Source of the DNA: Tubiluchus corallicola
Lineage: Eukaryota; Animalia; Priapulida
Assembly (NCBI GenBank): GCA_030141605.1
Contig: JAQGDQ010000716.1
Coordinates: 44,196 to 108,195, forward strand
Direction: 5' to 3'
Length of the DNA stretch: 64,000 nt
Made by a program: the position numbers and the translations under genes. Positions 27,263-40,387 of this stretch are shown one piece after another. The notes under the pieces are model-generated. The model had not been told where the DNA came from and did not search any database. It was given only the letters and a program-made list of their open reading frames with translations. Each line of letters opens with the position of its first letter. Within the stretch, counting starts at the first letter, position 1.

Positions 27263-27863
27263 CGCAAAACCAGATCCAATCTTAGACTGTATGTCAGAAC
27301 AATCTACTCTTTAAAAGATTGAAAGGAAACATACTATTTTTTTCAAAGATGTCTTATGTGAAAGTATTATTATCACACAAACACAGTTTCGCCTTTGCGC
27401 CACTAGTTTTTCACTGTTACATGCATTTCGTCTTTCGCTAGTAGACGGGCACTCGAGCCTGCATTTGTAACACACGTTGCGCAAAAACAGGGGCTGTACC
27501 TTCCATTTCAGATATGTTATGCTTTACGTTCTGCAACGTTCGATAGCACATGCGTGAGTACAGCGGTAATTTTGAAATATGCATTTTCATCTTAAGACTT
27601 GTCTAGTTTTAGTAAAACATCCTGAATACCTTACAGTAGCACTGTACTTCAATTTTCGCTTAGCAAAAACGTGGAATATTTTTGCTGCCGAAAATTATGT
27701 TAGTTTATAATCTCATCAATATTTGGGTTCGCCCATCGTTAATTAAGTTCTTGGTCTGTTATTTAATTATCAGAAACGCTTTTGCCGTATAAACTATTTT
27801 AAAATGTAGACTTTTATAGGACATGAAAATTGGGTAGTATATGAAAAATCATCTTGTCTTCCC
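27263..27863 (-). mobile_element. Near full-length copy of the TTAA-flanked (Kolobok-like) MITE family
   Basis: Reverse-complement match to 36379-36963; starts GCAAAACC and ends CATCTTGTCTTCCC|TTAA. Confidence 0.8.
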
Positions 27864-30014
27864 TTAAGTTAAGCTTCGTTCTAGGGGCCAAAAACTAAAA
27901 ATTGGGTAGATTTTCACAGATGTTTTCCAGTCTTAATGAACACTGGCTTGTAGTATATCAAATGAAAGGTCTCGACGAGACAAATCAAACGGTGTAGGTT
28001 GATCCGAGGTTGATTGACCTCTGACCTAAGGGTCCAAATGTCACAAATTGTTATTTCATTCTTAGGTAATCAAGTATGGCTAGAGTTTGAGAACTTCAGA
28101 TCCAAGGGCCGTGGGGCTTTGGGCCAAGACGTATCAAGTTCATATTTGGTCGAAATGAAACGTATTTCCTAGGTTTTCCAACATAGCAGATCACGAATAG
28201 CAAAATTCTGATCTTGAGACAAAGATCAACTCTGCACTGATTTTCCTCAGTCATCCGTTGCAGTTTCAGTCTTATTACAGAATCTTGATAATCCCGAAAT
28301 AGTCATAATTATTGTTTATTCTCTGGAAACTTTTAGTTTAATAACTGGTTAGGTTTGCAACCTACGTCACAAAACTCAAAGTGTGAGTAGCTCTGGGCCG
28401 GCGGAGGACAGCAGTGTGTTGACTCTGACCTCTGATCAAAGGTGAAGGGCAGTGGGAGTCAGTCAATTCCTCCAAGGTTTTTTTTTTATTTTTTTCCACA
28501 AGTATTTTGTTTTTTTTGGGTAGATGGGTAGAGGTATTAATTACAAAGCTTGGTAGCTTTAACTCCAACTAGACCTCGCAAGTCACGCTACTGAATGAGA
28601 CGTGACTAAATGATCATAAATTAGATTCTGCTCAACTCGGGAGAATCTTGGCTATCCGATCATGCTATTTGTTTAAATACTTATGTGATTTATTAGAATA
28701 AACCTGAGATCCACACGCCCTCTTCACCCACCCAATTTAGCCTATAGACTAGCTTACACTGGAGTATATAATATATTCAGCGCAGCGTTGACTCTTTAGA
28801 CAAGGGGTCTGAGAAACTTTGTTGTTTGCTTAAATAATTGATGGTGCATTCTTTTATTAGTTTATTCTGTATATTACTTTTACTACGTGTGTGGTTTGAA
28901 ATGGCAGTTTCTTCGGTAAAGCCTTTTAAGTGTAAAGATTCTCTCTAAATATACAGAAGTATTACGCCTCAAACATTATTAAGTATTGCAATCGCATGTT
29001 CAAGGCATAGAGCTGTTTAGCAGTTTCTGTGACGAATTCCTTACTAAGGTTTTAAATAAAATTGGCACATATTTTTCCATTTTCTCGTCAAAAATTGATG
29101 TTTAATTTATTTAAAATAGAAAATGGTTACGTATAGAATTTTGAAACAAAGCCCATTGTATGAAGATTAAAAACATAAAAGCATCAAAAATATATAATGT
29201 AATATTTATTTTACTCAAAGCAGTTTTTCATGAACCCACACGAAAAGCACCAAACCTACATGTGCTTAATGAGTTAGAGATCAAATACATAGTGTTTCAC
29301 AAAAACAGAAATAAAATGCTCTACCCAAGACTTTCTGACATTTTCAACTTTTCCTAGAGGTTTTTGTAAAAAGAAATCGGGTTTGTAGGTGTTGGCGTTT
29401 TTGAAAAAAGTCTGAAACTCGACATCTCTTGCTTTTCTCTCTAGATGACACCAGGAAAATTCAACGTTTTAGTTTGGTTATCGCGTGTTACATTTCCCTG
29501 TAGCATTTGTTTACATATTCAGCGTCACAGAAATGACGCGGTATCCATGGACGCCGTTGCTATGACAGTTGTTTAGTCTGCGAAGTGTCACGAGCGAAAC
29601 CGAACACAGCATTTTTGGGAAAATGCAACTTCGTAGCTCAATTACATTACGAAGGAAGCCTTGAATTTTGATAAAGGTTTCGGGAGGAGTTAAACGCTAC
29701 TTAATCATAATAATAGTAATGAAACATGTCAGCCATGTGAGATTAATCTGTTACTGTAATTAATGCAGCGACATGGAAGAAAAATATGCACAATATACAC
29801 TACGCAGTATGTGTTTCACGGTTTAAAATATAAAATAACAAATTAGTTAAATTCAGCCTTAGCTAATGAGATCATCTGGAACCTTTTTGTACTCATCACC
29901 CTCTTGGCCAATTTAATAAATAGAACCTCACAACTGTTGAGCTGAATATAATCAGTGGGCATATTTGAAGCCAGCGTTTGCTACTCTAGTTCATTTGCCT
30001 TGTCGACTACAATT

Positions 30015-31052
30015 CTACATTGCAATCCATTCTTCAGGATAGCGATCGTCAACGCGCAGCAAAGAGTCAAAACGGGATCCAGGTTCTGCTGAATTCTTGT
30101 CATAAACAACGGTTCCTTTGCAAAGATAACCAGCCCACCAACCAAATGTTCCAACAGTCATTATCACATGATCACAGTGAGATAAAATGCACAAGTCAAT
30201 CTTTGGTTCGTTGCCTTCAACAATGACTGTGTCTGTCGAATTAAGATTCTCCACACACCACCTTGGGTCGTCACTAGCCACTATGAATACAACATCATGA
30301 TACTTGCTTTTGAAAAAGCTCATTGCGCGCTTAATATAATCAACACTTGATGTACGCCGTCCATATTTGCGTGAGCCGGGAGATTTGAAGTCTCCCCTTC
30401 GAACGTGCACTCCCACTGTTGTCATTTCGTGACAATTAGGAATTTCTTTGACTGTGCACAGATTTGCTACCAATGTTCGAGCACGCAAAATTGTTTGGAC
30501 TGGGAATTGAAATTGAGCGCGAATTTCTTCTTTAACATGATGGAAATAACGATAGGAGATGAGCATTCGCTCTCCAATGGATGTATTACGATGCTGCGGT
30601 AATTGTTTCATGGTGGGATCATACGAGCAGCAGCTTCTAGCTTTCACCTTAAGAAAGTTACCATCTTTAAAGTCTGTATCACTGAGCTGCGTAGCGTTAA
30701 GTTTGGGAAACACAGACACTATTTCATCATCTGGCATAACACTTTGTTTCATGTTATTCATACGGGCAATACCATACATTGAAGCATAGTTGAACATTTT
30801 ATTTCCTAATCCAACTCGTTGAGAAATCTTTCCTAATACAAACACATGTTCTGCTTTCAAACTCTTTCGTTCAGTTTCGTTAGTGTAGTGTAACCAGTTA
30901 TTGCTAATGTTCACTTGATCTCTATCAAATCTGCTATTTCCATGCCAAGACATCCAGATAAGAAACCAGCAACACGAGAACCAGCAACTGTGTCCTAAGA
31001 ATTGTAAAGCACGCCGTGTCAACACATTCATGTAATGTTTAGACAGCTTCAT
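30015..31052 (-). CDS. GT11 alpha-1,2-fucosyltransferase-like protein (second copy), single coding exon
   Basis: GLGNKMFNYASMYGIA, VGVHVRRGDF, FIVASDD..WC, CDHVIMTVGTFGWWAGYL, DRYPEEW; N-terminal hydrophobic segment. Confidence 0.93.
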   Translation of the reverse strand: MKLSKHYMNVLTRRALQFLGHSCWFSCCWFLIWMSWHGNSRFDRDQVNISNNWLHYTNETERKSLKAEHVFVLGKISQRVGLGNKMFNYASMYGIARMNNMKQSVMPDDEIVSVFPKLNATQLSDTDFKDGNFLKVKARSCCSYDPTMKQLPQHRNTSIGERMLISYRYFHHVKEEIRAQFQFPVQTILRARTLVANLCTVKEIPNCHEMTTVGVHVRRGDFKSPGSRKYGRRTSSVDYIKRAMSFFKSKYHDVVFIVASDDPRWCVENLNSTDTVIVEGNEPKIDLCILSHCDHVIMTVGTFGWWAGYLCKGTVVYDKNSAEPGSRFDSLLRVDDRYPEEWIAM

Positions 31053-32483
31053 CAGTCTTTCAGATAGTTCAGTAGCCGATAAAAAGCTTTAAGCTCAGCT
31101 AACAGCTATTCTATTCTCAAAACTTCTGATAGTATAACCATTTGTACACCAAATTCAACAAATACATTTCTATCTAAGTTTACTTTTGAAATGCGCATTC
31201 TTCACACAGTTTTTGCGGCTATTTTATGAAAGGAATGATTATGGTCGCGCGTAGAACACCTATATATATATTTTGTGTGCTGTTGTCTGAAGAATGTTGT
31301 TGTTGGGGCTTTCAGTTGTACTAATAACGCCCAATAATAATGAGAAGTATCGGATGAATAAACACAAACATGCTTTTCGACTTTATCCAGCCTTAAGTTC
31401 GTGAAAACAAAAAGTCAAATTTCAAGTAAAAATGGAATTTAATGTATTTTTGAACAACACAATATGTTATGTAAGACAAGAAGGTCTCAGTAAATTGTAA
31501 CTAGGGATCGATTTTACCTCCTTCAAGAGCGAAAGCGTTTGTTGCATTTCGCGTGTATTCAAGAACTGCTCTCGCTAAGCAGCATTATTTTTACATTTGT
31601 TAATTGTTTCTAGGTTTCTACTCCCCACACAATGGATTTCCATGCAAAATTATGTATGAAATGTATTTGTTTACCTTAGACAAATGAAAAATCGATTTTT
31701 GGCGAAAAAGTTGAAAAAAGCTTTCAGTATCTCCAGTGTTTGTGCTTTAACAAAATACGGTATCATTTGCCTGAAATCGGCTAATGCAAAAAAGTTTAAC
31801 TATCCAGACGCAACCCTATGATATTCCTTGATCGGTTAGTCTTCCCTGGAATAGCAGGAGAACACTACGCAGCTTGGACTGTAGCAACAGGCGGTCAACA
31901 ATTTAGTGTGTACGATCACGCAAGTGTACACCAGACTAATCAACACAATAAATTGATGTAATGTGTTAGCCTGTTATAATTGTTAAATCAGTTTATGTTA
32001 AATTTTAAATTACCAATATTGTAGACAAAGATGGATAAAATTTATTTTAGTCTCATCAATAAAGCATTCAGGCGCAAATAACACAGCTACATCAAATAGG
32101 AGCGGGTTTGGAGCCATAACAGACCAATATTTCACATAGTTAAAATAAAACAATAGAACAATGAGTGTGAACGTAATGTGATCCGTAAGAAAATTGTAGG
32201 CAATAATAAAGTGCAAAATTTGTCAACATTTGAGTGACAAAACCAATGAAATAATTAGTGGTTCATATTCGTTATAATGTTTGTCAACTATAATAGGTAT
32301 TTACAAGAGAGACTAATGTATCTGAAGATAAAATCTCTACAAATTGTCTTTAAATGAAAAGTGGAAGCAATTTAATAGTAAAGTAATAGAATAGGATTTT
32401 TAATCTTCTAATTTTCATAATCATTAGAATTAAACTTTAAATTCAATAATAATGCATGCAAACAACTTTTAGCTGATTTCTAA

Positions 32484-32968
32484 AGCAAAACCGGACCCAA
32501 TCTTAAACTGTAAATCAAAACAACCTATTTGATTTTAAAGAATGAATGTGCTATTTTTTAAAGAATGACTTACGTGAAATAATTATTATCACACAAACAC
32601 AATTTCGCATTCGCGCTACTAGTTCTTCATTGTTACATGCATTTTGCAATTCGCTAATTAAATGAGCACCAGTGCCTGCATTTTGGAAAGAGTTGCACAA
32701 AAAACAGGTGCTGTATCTCTCGGTTTAGATGTTTTAGTTTGTGACGAACTGCACACGTTTGATAACTCATGCGTGAGCACAGTAGTAAATTTAAAACACG
32801 AATTTCTACCTTAGAACTCGTCGAGTTTTAGTACAACACACTGATTATCTTACAGTAGCACTGTACTTCATTCTTCACTTTCACAAACACGTAAAACTCA
32901 CTTATGGAACGCTTTTGATGTTGAAAACTATGTTAGTTTGTGACGTCATTAATAGCTGGGTTCACCTG
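32484..32968 (-). mobile_element. Truncated copy of the TTAA-flanked MITE family
   Basis: Starts AGCAAAACCGG and follows the same internal sequence as 44209-44815. Confidence 0.8.
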
Positions 32969-33064
32969 AATTATTTTAGATGCAGGGAAAACTAGCAAAC
33001 GTCAATAACCTTCATTTTTTATACAAAGTCAACTATCTTTGCACATTTGTCATAACATGAATTT

Positions 33065-33622
33065 TCGAATGTAGGTAAAAATAGTACAGATAAAATGCCA
33101 CAGGAAAAAGTGGCACAGGAAAAATGGTTCCGGAAAATATGGCATGGTAAGAATGACACAGGGAAAATAGCACATGAGAAAATGACACAGATGGAAAACT
33201 AGGTAAAAATGCCATAGAAAAAAATGGCACACTTAGTAATACATGTGGTTAGGGTTGCAGTGGGGTATAAATATTTTAATTATTTTTACCTATGCCAAGG
33301 AAGTTATGCTTCAACACAGCTTGTTTGCTTGTTTGACTGTTGTTTGTTTGTTTGGTTGCTTTTTTGTCTGTTATGGCAGTAAGCCTATGGCGCAAAAAGT
33401 ATCTAAACAGATTTCCAAGAAACTTTGTGGAGAAAGGCGGGTGCAGCTACCAAAATGGGAATCTTTACGCCGGTTGTTTTTCTTAAAACTTAACCAAACA
33501 TCACGTACATAAAAAAACATCCGGGAAGCACTTCAAGAAGGACTCGGGGGGGGGGGGTGGTTAGTACTTCCTTTTTATTATCTTCACAAGACCACACAAA
33601 TACGAGTTAGTTCCAGGTTTTA
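33065..33622 (-). repeat. Dispersed element carrying TTTTCCTGTGCCAT subrepeats, homologous to 47511-48395
   Basis: Shared unique flanks (AAACCTGGAACTAA; GCATAACTTCCTTGGCA.AGGTAAAAAT) plus the subrepeat array, in opposite orientation. Confidence 0.75.
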
Positions 33623-34164
33623 TTTCGATAAAATTCTCCTTGTAAAACGGTGTAACGCTGTCTGTTAACACCGCTAAAATTAATTGTGAAAAACTTATAT
33701 AAACGCTATGCGGAACAATCGTGGATTATTGATTATATATCCATTTAATCCATTATATATCCATAGTCAATGTAATACCAGTACATGTATAATTTTGTAT
33801 GTTTGCGTGATTATCTTTGTGTTAATTTTTTTGAATCAAAAGAATCATACGAAAAAAATTAGGATTGTTCGGTTTTGGCAGAGATCTGCTTTCTACGGTT
33901 TTATTATAGTTTTATTATAGAAATCAATTGCATCAAAATAACATATGTGGCATTTTTTCCTGCTTTTCGATTTGTGCATTTTTAGTTGCTTTTCCGTTTG
34001 TGCCATTTTTCCTGTGCCATTTACAGGCAATTTTAACGTGCTGCGAATTTTCTACAGGTCCATATTATTCAATATGGCCAGTGGAGGCTGCAACATAGGT
34101 CCTCCCAAGCTAGTGGAGCCCTCAAAACTTTGGAATTTTTTGTAAAAAACCGTTTTTTTTCATT

Positions 34165-34420
34165 GACACAGCGGTGTATTTGAAATTTTGAAATATTTTT
34201 ACCTTAAAACTTGCCTAGTTCTAGAACGACACACTGACTGTCTTAAAGTAGCACTGTACTTCAATTTTTGCGTTCGTAATTAAGATTAATTAAGTCCTTA
34301 ATTAAGATTTTCATCTATTACTTAATTACCTGAAACGCTTTTACAGTATTATTGGTGTTACAAAGTATACTTTTTATTGGACTTGAAAATGGGGTATATG
34401 AAAAGTCATCCTGTCCTCCT
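34165..34420 (-). mobile_element. Internally deleted fragment of the TTAA-flanked MITE family
   Basis: GTAGCACTGTACTTCAATTT and terminal CATCCTGTCCTCCT|TTAA. Confidence 0.7.
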
Positions 34421-35623
34421 TTAAATGAAGCCAGGTTAACCCGGTTATATCTTTAGTTGCAAATCAGCAAATTCTAAACCACGCTTTATTAAAACAGAAA
34501 CGAATCCAGAGGAGAAATCAGGAATCCTGCATATTTGATTGGTCCACTGGCATTGTCCCGTAACATTGGGCCCATTTCATAGTGAATACACAAGGAAAAA
34601 TGTCAAAAATCAGAAAATTGTCAAAAATCAGAAAATTTTCTGAGAATTTCCGATTTTCCCGAAATTCCATACAGCAAGAAAGTTAATTTCACAGTGAAAC
34701 GGCGCGGTATTTCTGCGATCGTCCAATTAGCTGCAGCTACATTTTTTATAATACAGTATAGACTTTTATACTGTATAATCATGTCTAAAGTAATTTATAC
34801 TTACCCTACTTCTCATATACAAAACGAAATTAACAATATCAGTAATGTGATGCTGGATCTGCTTGTATTTTTTTAAGTTCTACTAAACACATAAAAATCT
34901 GAAAATATACATTATATAAAATAAATATAATACTTGTGTGCGTTATTTTTCTTATTCACGGTCATAGCCTCCACGTTGCATTAATGAAACACGAAATCGT
35001 CATTCTTAAAAGAGAGATTGATCGCAGCATTGAATCTTATTAAAAATGCTGGATCCGCCCTTTAAAAATCTGTTACATGTTGGACGCTAGCTGACATTTA
35101 GGACATTGAGTTCAATACGAAAAATAATTTTCTAAGACAAGACGATAAAGTATGTAGTGCCTTTGGCCAAAATGCTAAAAATCCATTTCTGATAAATACA
35201 TTGCGCTAAGTTCTAAGCAGTAAAGTACTTTCTACCATGGCTATTTTGGGTTTACAGAAGCGTTTAAAATACTTTAGTTAAATTCTAAGTGTTTTCTTTA
35301 GACCATGTTAAACACTGCATCAGTTCACGACAAGCAGTTATCAGTGAAAAGATTTACAAAAAACAAAGCATTACCCAGCAACAAGGGTCAATACTGGTGC
35401 CAGAAAAGTTTCCACAAATTTCTATAAGCTCCAAAGTTGTTAAAAAGAGACACTAGTGTTTATTTAGCAGAGCAAACATATTCAAGGTTGGTCATTACCC
35501 AGAACTTCTCACGCTGCTAAAATTGTTGACGAGTCTGCTGAATCTTCAAAGAGGAAGATTATAGGTGCTACCCGTGGCTCAGGTAATTACTTCACAAGGA
35601 TTATAATTTAGCTGCTCTTTTGT

Positions 35624-35658
<35 letters not shown>

Positions 35659-35740
35659 AGGTCTCAAGTGGTTAAAAGCGGGCTCATTATTTTTTCGACC
35701 ATTATAGAGGAAATTGTTGAAGATTAGAATCTTTCTTTGT

Positions 35741-35987
35741 GTGCAGGGCGTGAACTCAAATACTTTACAGGATTTACAAAACCATTATAAGCTGCTCTTT
35801 GAGTGGAGAGAGCATCTCAGGTGGTCTGTAATTTGTTTTATTCTAATCGTCGCAGCTTTGAGTGCAGGGCGTGAACTGCGTCTCCATTCAAATACTTTAC
35901 AGGATTTACATTATAAGCTGCTCTTTGAGTGGAGAGAGCATCTCAGGTGGTCTGTAATTTGTTTTATTCTAATCGTCGTAGCTTTGA
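35741..35987. repeat. About 120-bp tandem duplication, 2 near-identical copies
   Basis: GTGCAGGGCGTGAACT starts at 35741 and 35862; both copies end AGCTTTGA. Confidence 0.9.
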
Positions 35988-36378
35988 AAGCAAAGACGAA
36001 GTAAACTAATCATACGCATCATTTCCCGCCAGGATTTAAAAAAATCTCAGGTACAAACTGGACTTTAATAACAAGTAGCTTTTGTAAAGTGAAAATTAGG
36101 GGTGGAATATTCTACCAAAAAAGGAGCGCTCAAAGAAAAGACAAAAAAACGATTACTACTTCAATTATTAAAATCTCTGACGCCCTGCGCAGACATGCAA
36201 TTTTCAGTTGCTCAACTAGAAGTTTTTAAATGTGTTAAATAACTAAAATCCATGAAAGCGTGCATACATATGCAACTAAAAATTGCGCAAATTATTGTTG
36301 CGTCTGAAAAGTTTAGTTGCTCAACTGTTTTACTTGAGTGAGCACAGACAGGCAATTTTTACCAAACACAATTGTTAA

Positions 36379-36963
36379 AGGAAGACAAGATGATTTTTCA
36401 CATACTACCCCATTTTCAATTCCGATAAAAGTACACATTTTATCACAATTGATACCGCAAAAATACTTCTGATAATTAAATTATAAATTAAATACTTGAT
36501 TAATGGCGGGCGAGCCCAACTACTGATGAAATCACAAACTAACAAAATTTTCAACAGCAAAAATATTCCACGAGTGTGTTGCACACGCTTGTGAAAGCGA
36601 AGTGTTACTGTAAGACATTCAGTGTGTTGTACTAAAACTAGGCAAGTTTTAAAAGAAAAATTCTAATTTCAAATTTACCGCTGCGCTCACGCATGAGCTG
36701 TCGAACGTGTGCAGTTCATCACAAACTAATACATCTCAACTGACAGGTACAGAACCTGTTTTTAGGCAAATCATGCCTTAGTCCCCGTCTAAATTTCGAA
36801 TGGCGAAATGCATATAACAGCGAAGAACTAGTGGCGCAAACGCGAAATTGTGCTTACATGGTAATAATTCTTTCACATAAGTAATTTTTGAAAAAATAGT
36901 ATGAATTTCCTTTGAATATTATAAAGAGTAGATCTACAGTTCAAGATTTCACTCGGTTTTGCT
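36379..36963 (+). mobile_element. Full-length 585-bp TTAA-flanked non-autonomous DNA transposon (Kolobok/T2-MITE-like)
   Basis: TTAA|AGGAAGACAAG ... CTCGGTTTTGCT|TTAA; AG...CT termini, short imperfect TIRs, no ORF, six copies in the window. Confidence 0.8.
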
Positions 36964-37302
36964 TTAAAAATAAGAAGAATACGGAATTTTGTAAAGATGC
37001 ACCAAAAGAGGCAAAAGAAAAATAAATTAATGGAGCCATTATTGCTGCCTTTGCTATTGTTTTTGAGCAGTTGAACTTCCCAGTCATTGGAGATGGAAAC
37101 AATTTAAGTGTGCCTGCATAGAAAAATCGTCCATAAGTCGACAATTAAGTTTTTTTAGTTATCCTCTTATCCTGAATCTCTATTTCATGTTTGTTCATTT
37201 TGGTACCAAGTTCATCACTCTATGTTATTTCTAAGCTGAGATAAACCACGTTGAATTTGAGGTGCAGGCTACGCACTGAAAAACATAATCTTGAGAAGAT
37301 AA

Positions 37303-37742
37303 CTGTTAAAGTTAGTCATTTTTTTTGTCGCATTTCTACAAAACACTTAACCACTGCACAAATGTTTGATTCTAAAAACACATTGAAGTGATGTTTAACT
37401 CCTGTAGATGCTTCTCCCAGACGAAGATCTGGGCTTGGCAACAGAAAAAAAAACGAAGCAAAATGACTGCGTCCACCAGCTACTGTTGGAGTTTGAAAAT
37501 AGGAGTTTTTACAATTGCATTACTAGTTCATAGACAGAAAAGTTTGCCAGGAGTTATAAATAATTTTGTTTTCATATTTTTTAAACATTTTCTTGATAAT
37601 TTGATGTCAGAATACAAGTCTAATATATTTAGACTTTTTGTTTTTATAAAAAACAAAAAATTGAAATTTGACCAAATTTTTGGTGTATTCTACTCTACAT
37701 TGCAACATAATTTTAACTTATGGACGGTTTTGGTTTGCAAGC
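37303..37742 (+). repeat. Dispersed repeat of about 430 bp, copy 1 (copy 2 at 40388-40807)
   Basis: Shared TTCTACAAAACACT, GACGAAGATCTGGGCTTGG.AACAGAAAAAAAA and ACTTATGGACGGTTT.GGTTTGCAAGC. Confidence 0.85.
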
Positions 37743-38137
37743 TCAAAAATGTTTACTACCAGTGTTTAAGATTCTTATGTTTCAATTAAGAAAAGGTGAT
37801 TACTTTGACGAGCAACATTACTTGAATTCACAATTCAATGCGCCAGTGTTTTTTTTTGTATTTCTAATTAATTAATTAATTAATATTCACACTATTCAAA
37901 GAGATATAGTGCATTATAGAAAGACATTACACCTTTTAAAAAGAAAAAAATCAGAATTTTATTTGACAATCATTAAGAGTTAAAACATGTTAATTCTGCT
38001 AGGATCGAAAGTTATTCCGTGAACCCTGAAAGGAATCTTACAATAAAAAATCTTATAAGATTTTTTATTTAACAACAATTTATTTATGCGCGAATTTTGA
38101 TGTGCGCCAGATTTTTCTCTTTTGATAATCAATATTG

Positions 38138-39464
38138 CTAGCTTGTAAATAAACGTTGTTGCCTGTCTTGCAACTCTTGAGTAAACGAAATGGCAGTTCT
38201 TATCAAATCACTGCAAAATTCTGGTGTTTTTGACTTTAAAGTGTATGTGAAGATTTTGTCTGAATAGGGTTTAAATTTTTTATCGGGTGTATCTTTGCCT
38301 GAAATCTGGCCACTGGTGCACCTTTCTTTAGTGGAATTAATCAAACGTTTCAACTGCTTGACATCTTTTGCCATTATCTGTTCGCCATACGATTTCACTT
38401 TTTCATTAAAAACGTCAAGAAAAGATCTATAAAGTTTGTAGTCGCCACTATTCCACTCTTCTACCTTTTTGATAAGCGACTTATCCAGGTTCGTTTTATG
38501 GGTAGAACTGCGTGCATTAGTTGGTAAGACGACAACATCAGACAGATTCCAGTGGAGAAGGTCTTTTAACAGAATAAGCGATTCTTCATGTTTTTCAGCG
38601 ATCATCACAAGGTCAAATTCTCTGCGTATCATTTCCATTATGTCATCAACAGCCTGTCTGTTGCCCATTTTACTTACATCTAAACCGAAGAAATACAACA
38701 TGACATTTCGCAAGCTATTTGCAGGGTATTTCCTAACCTTGGCAAATTTTTCTGGATATTGCATAAACGAGGAAAAGTTTGCACCTAGTCGATTTTCAAG
38801 TTCTTTGTAAGAATAATACGATTCCAACATGGCTGCAGGATGGCGAATAATAGTAACAAACTTTGCATTTGGCATCATTCTTTTCACCATGTTTATACGT
38901 AATATGGTGTGTTGGCAAAATATATTGTAAATTCCTCTGGGATGTTGTATGAGTATGTCAGGAGTGAACGGTTTTTGAATACCAAGATGCTGGTGCCCTC
39001 TATGAGGAGGAGCAAATGACAGGTTGTGCTTCTTACCGTATCTCATAAATATATTCATTAGCGAGGTACTGGCACATTTGGGAATCTTGAGAAAGAAGAT
39101 ATTGTTTACTGGCGTATGAGGAACATATGAAAAGTTAGTATGCAAGAGACCTATTGATCTTGGGAAAGAACACCTGAAAAATAGAGTAGCCTAGGTTAAA
39201 TATCATTACACAGAAGAAAATTTAAACAAATGTGTGCCTTGCAGTTATAGTTGATATACATAGTTTTCAATGTGGCTTTATTTGACTATCATTGCTACCA
39301 CCATTATTGCCAATATCATTTTGATCAATGTGATTCTATTTGACTATTGTTGCTGTTGTTATTTTCATTATTGTCACAATCATTGACCTTGTCATTTTGA
39401 CCAATGTGACTTTTTTAACCAGTGTTGCTGTTGTCATCACCATAATCATCATCACCATCATCAC

Positions 39465-39503
<39 letters not shown>

Positions 39504-39815
39504 TGTCGTCGTCTTAGTCGTACTCATTGTGATTCACATCGTCATTATTATCATTATATATATATAATGGCAATGCTTGACTTGTACCACAATGTTTTAA
39601 TCTCAACATCAATGACACTCTGTCGTACCAACCGTTTTTGTTAGTTCAACGTAAATATTGTTACAACTGCCACATCAATAAGTTGACATCTTGATCATTA
39701 GTTTAAGGATTTATATAGCAAGGAACGCTTACCTGTAGTATGTGTAGTATGATATCAAGAGAAAACAAGAACTCAGCTGTAATAATAATAATAATACACC
39801 TAATTGTCGTTTCAT
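38138..39815 (-). CDS. Galactose-3-O-sulfotransferase (GAL3ST family); exons 39733-39815 and 38138-39173, 372 aa
   Basis: Exon 1 MKRQLGVLLLLLQLSSCFLLISYYTYYR (TM) ends CAG|GTAAG; acceptor TTTTCAG|G; phase 2 matches on both sides. Motifs FFLKIPKCASTSLMNIFMRYG, IIRHPAAMLESYYSY, FDLVMIAE..EESLILLKDLLHW..DVV, WNSGDYKLY. Confidence 0.92.
39432..39560. repeat. (CAT)n microsatellite inside the GAL3ST intron
   Basis: Directly visible. Confidence 0.9.
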
Positions 39816-40387
39816 AACAGTCATATTTAAGTTGTGCAGTTAATTTGCAATATGCCTTCGGGTATCGGAAGCGAAAACGAGAAATATAAATTTAATAACC
39901 ATCTAATTATGAACTCAATATTCTATGTTTTGAACATATGGTTTTTTCATTGTTGGTGACGGCGATTATTGAACATAAATACTAGCAGTCTATGGTCATT
40001 AACTTAACTTCAGCGAAATATGTCAACAAAATGTTAGAATACAATATTATCATGGTTAATGCTTTCGAAGCCTTGCTCAAACTCACGCATTTTTGCGAAA
40101 GTATGAAACCAACGTTATAAGCCACTGGAACTTAAAGTTTAATATGAACTGATTTTTTGCTGGCAGCCCGGCGTCTGAATCAGTGCAACGCAATTTTACA
40201 CAGCCGAGTTATTTGATAAATTTCGCGTTATTGTAACACGTCTGTTTCGACTCAAGGAAATCGATTTTAATGTCACTTCATCAGTCACAGCGACAGATAA
40301 CAAACCACTAAAAACGAATGTCTGAATTAGCAGCTCGATGGAATCCTATAAACCATCATTGCATGAAAAGGTCAAGCGTTAAACGTT

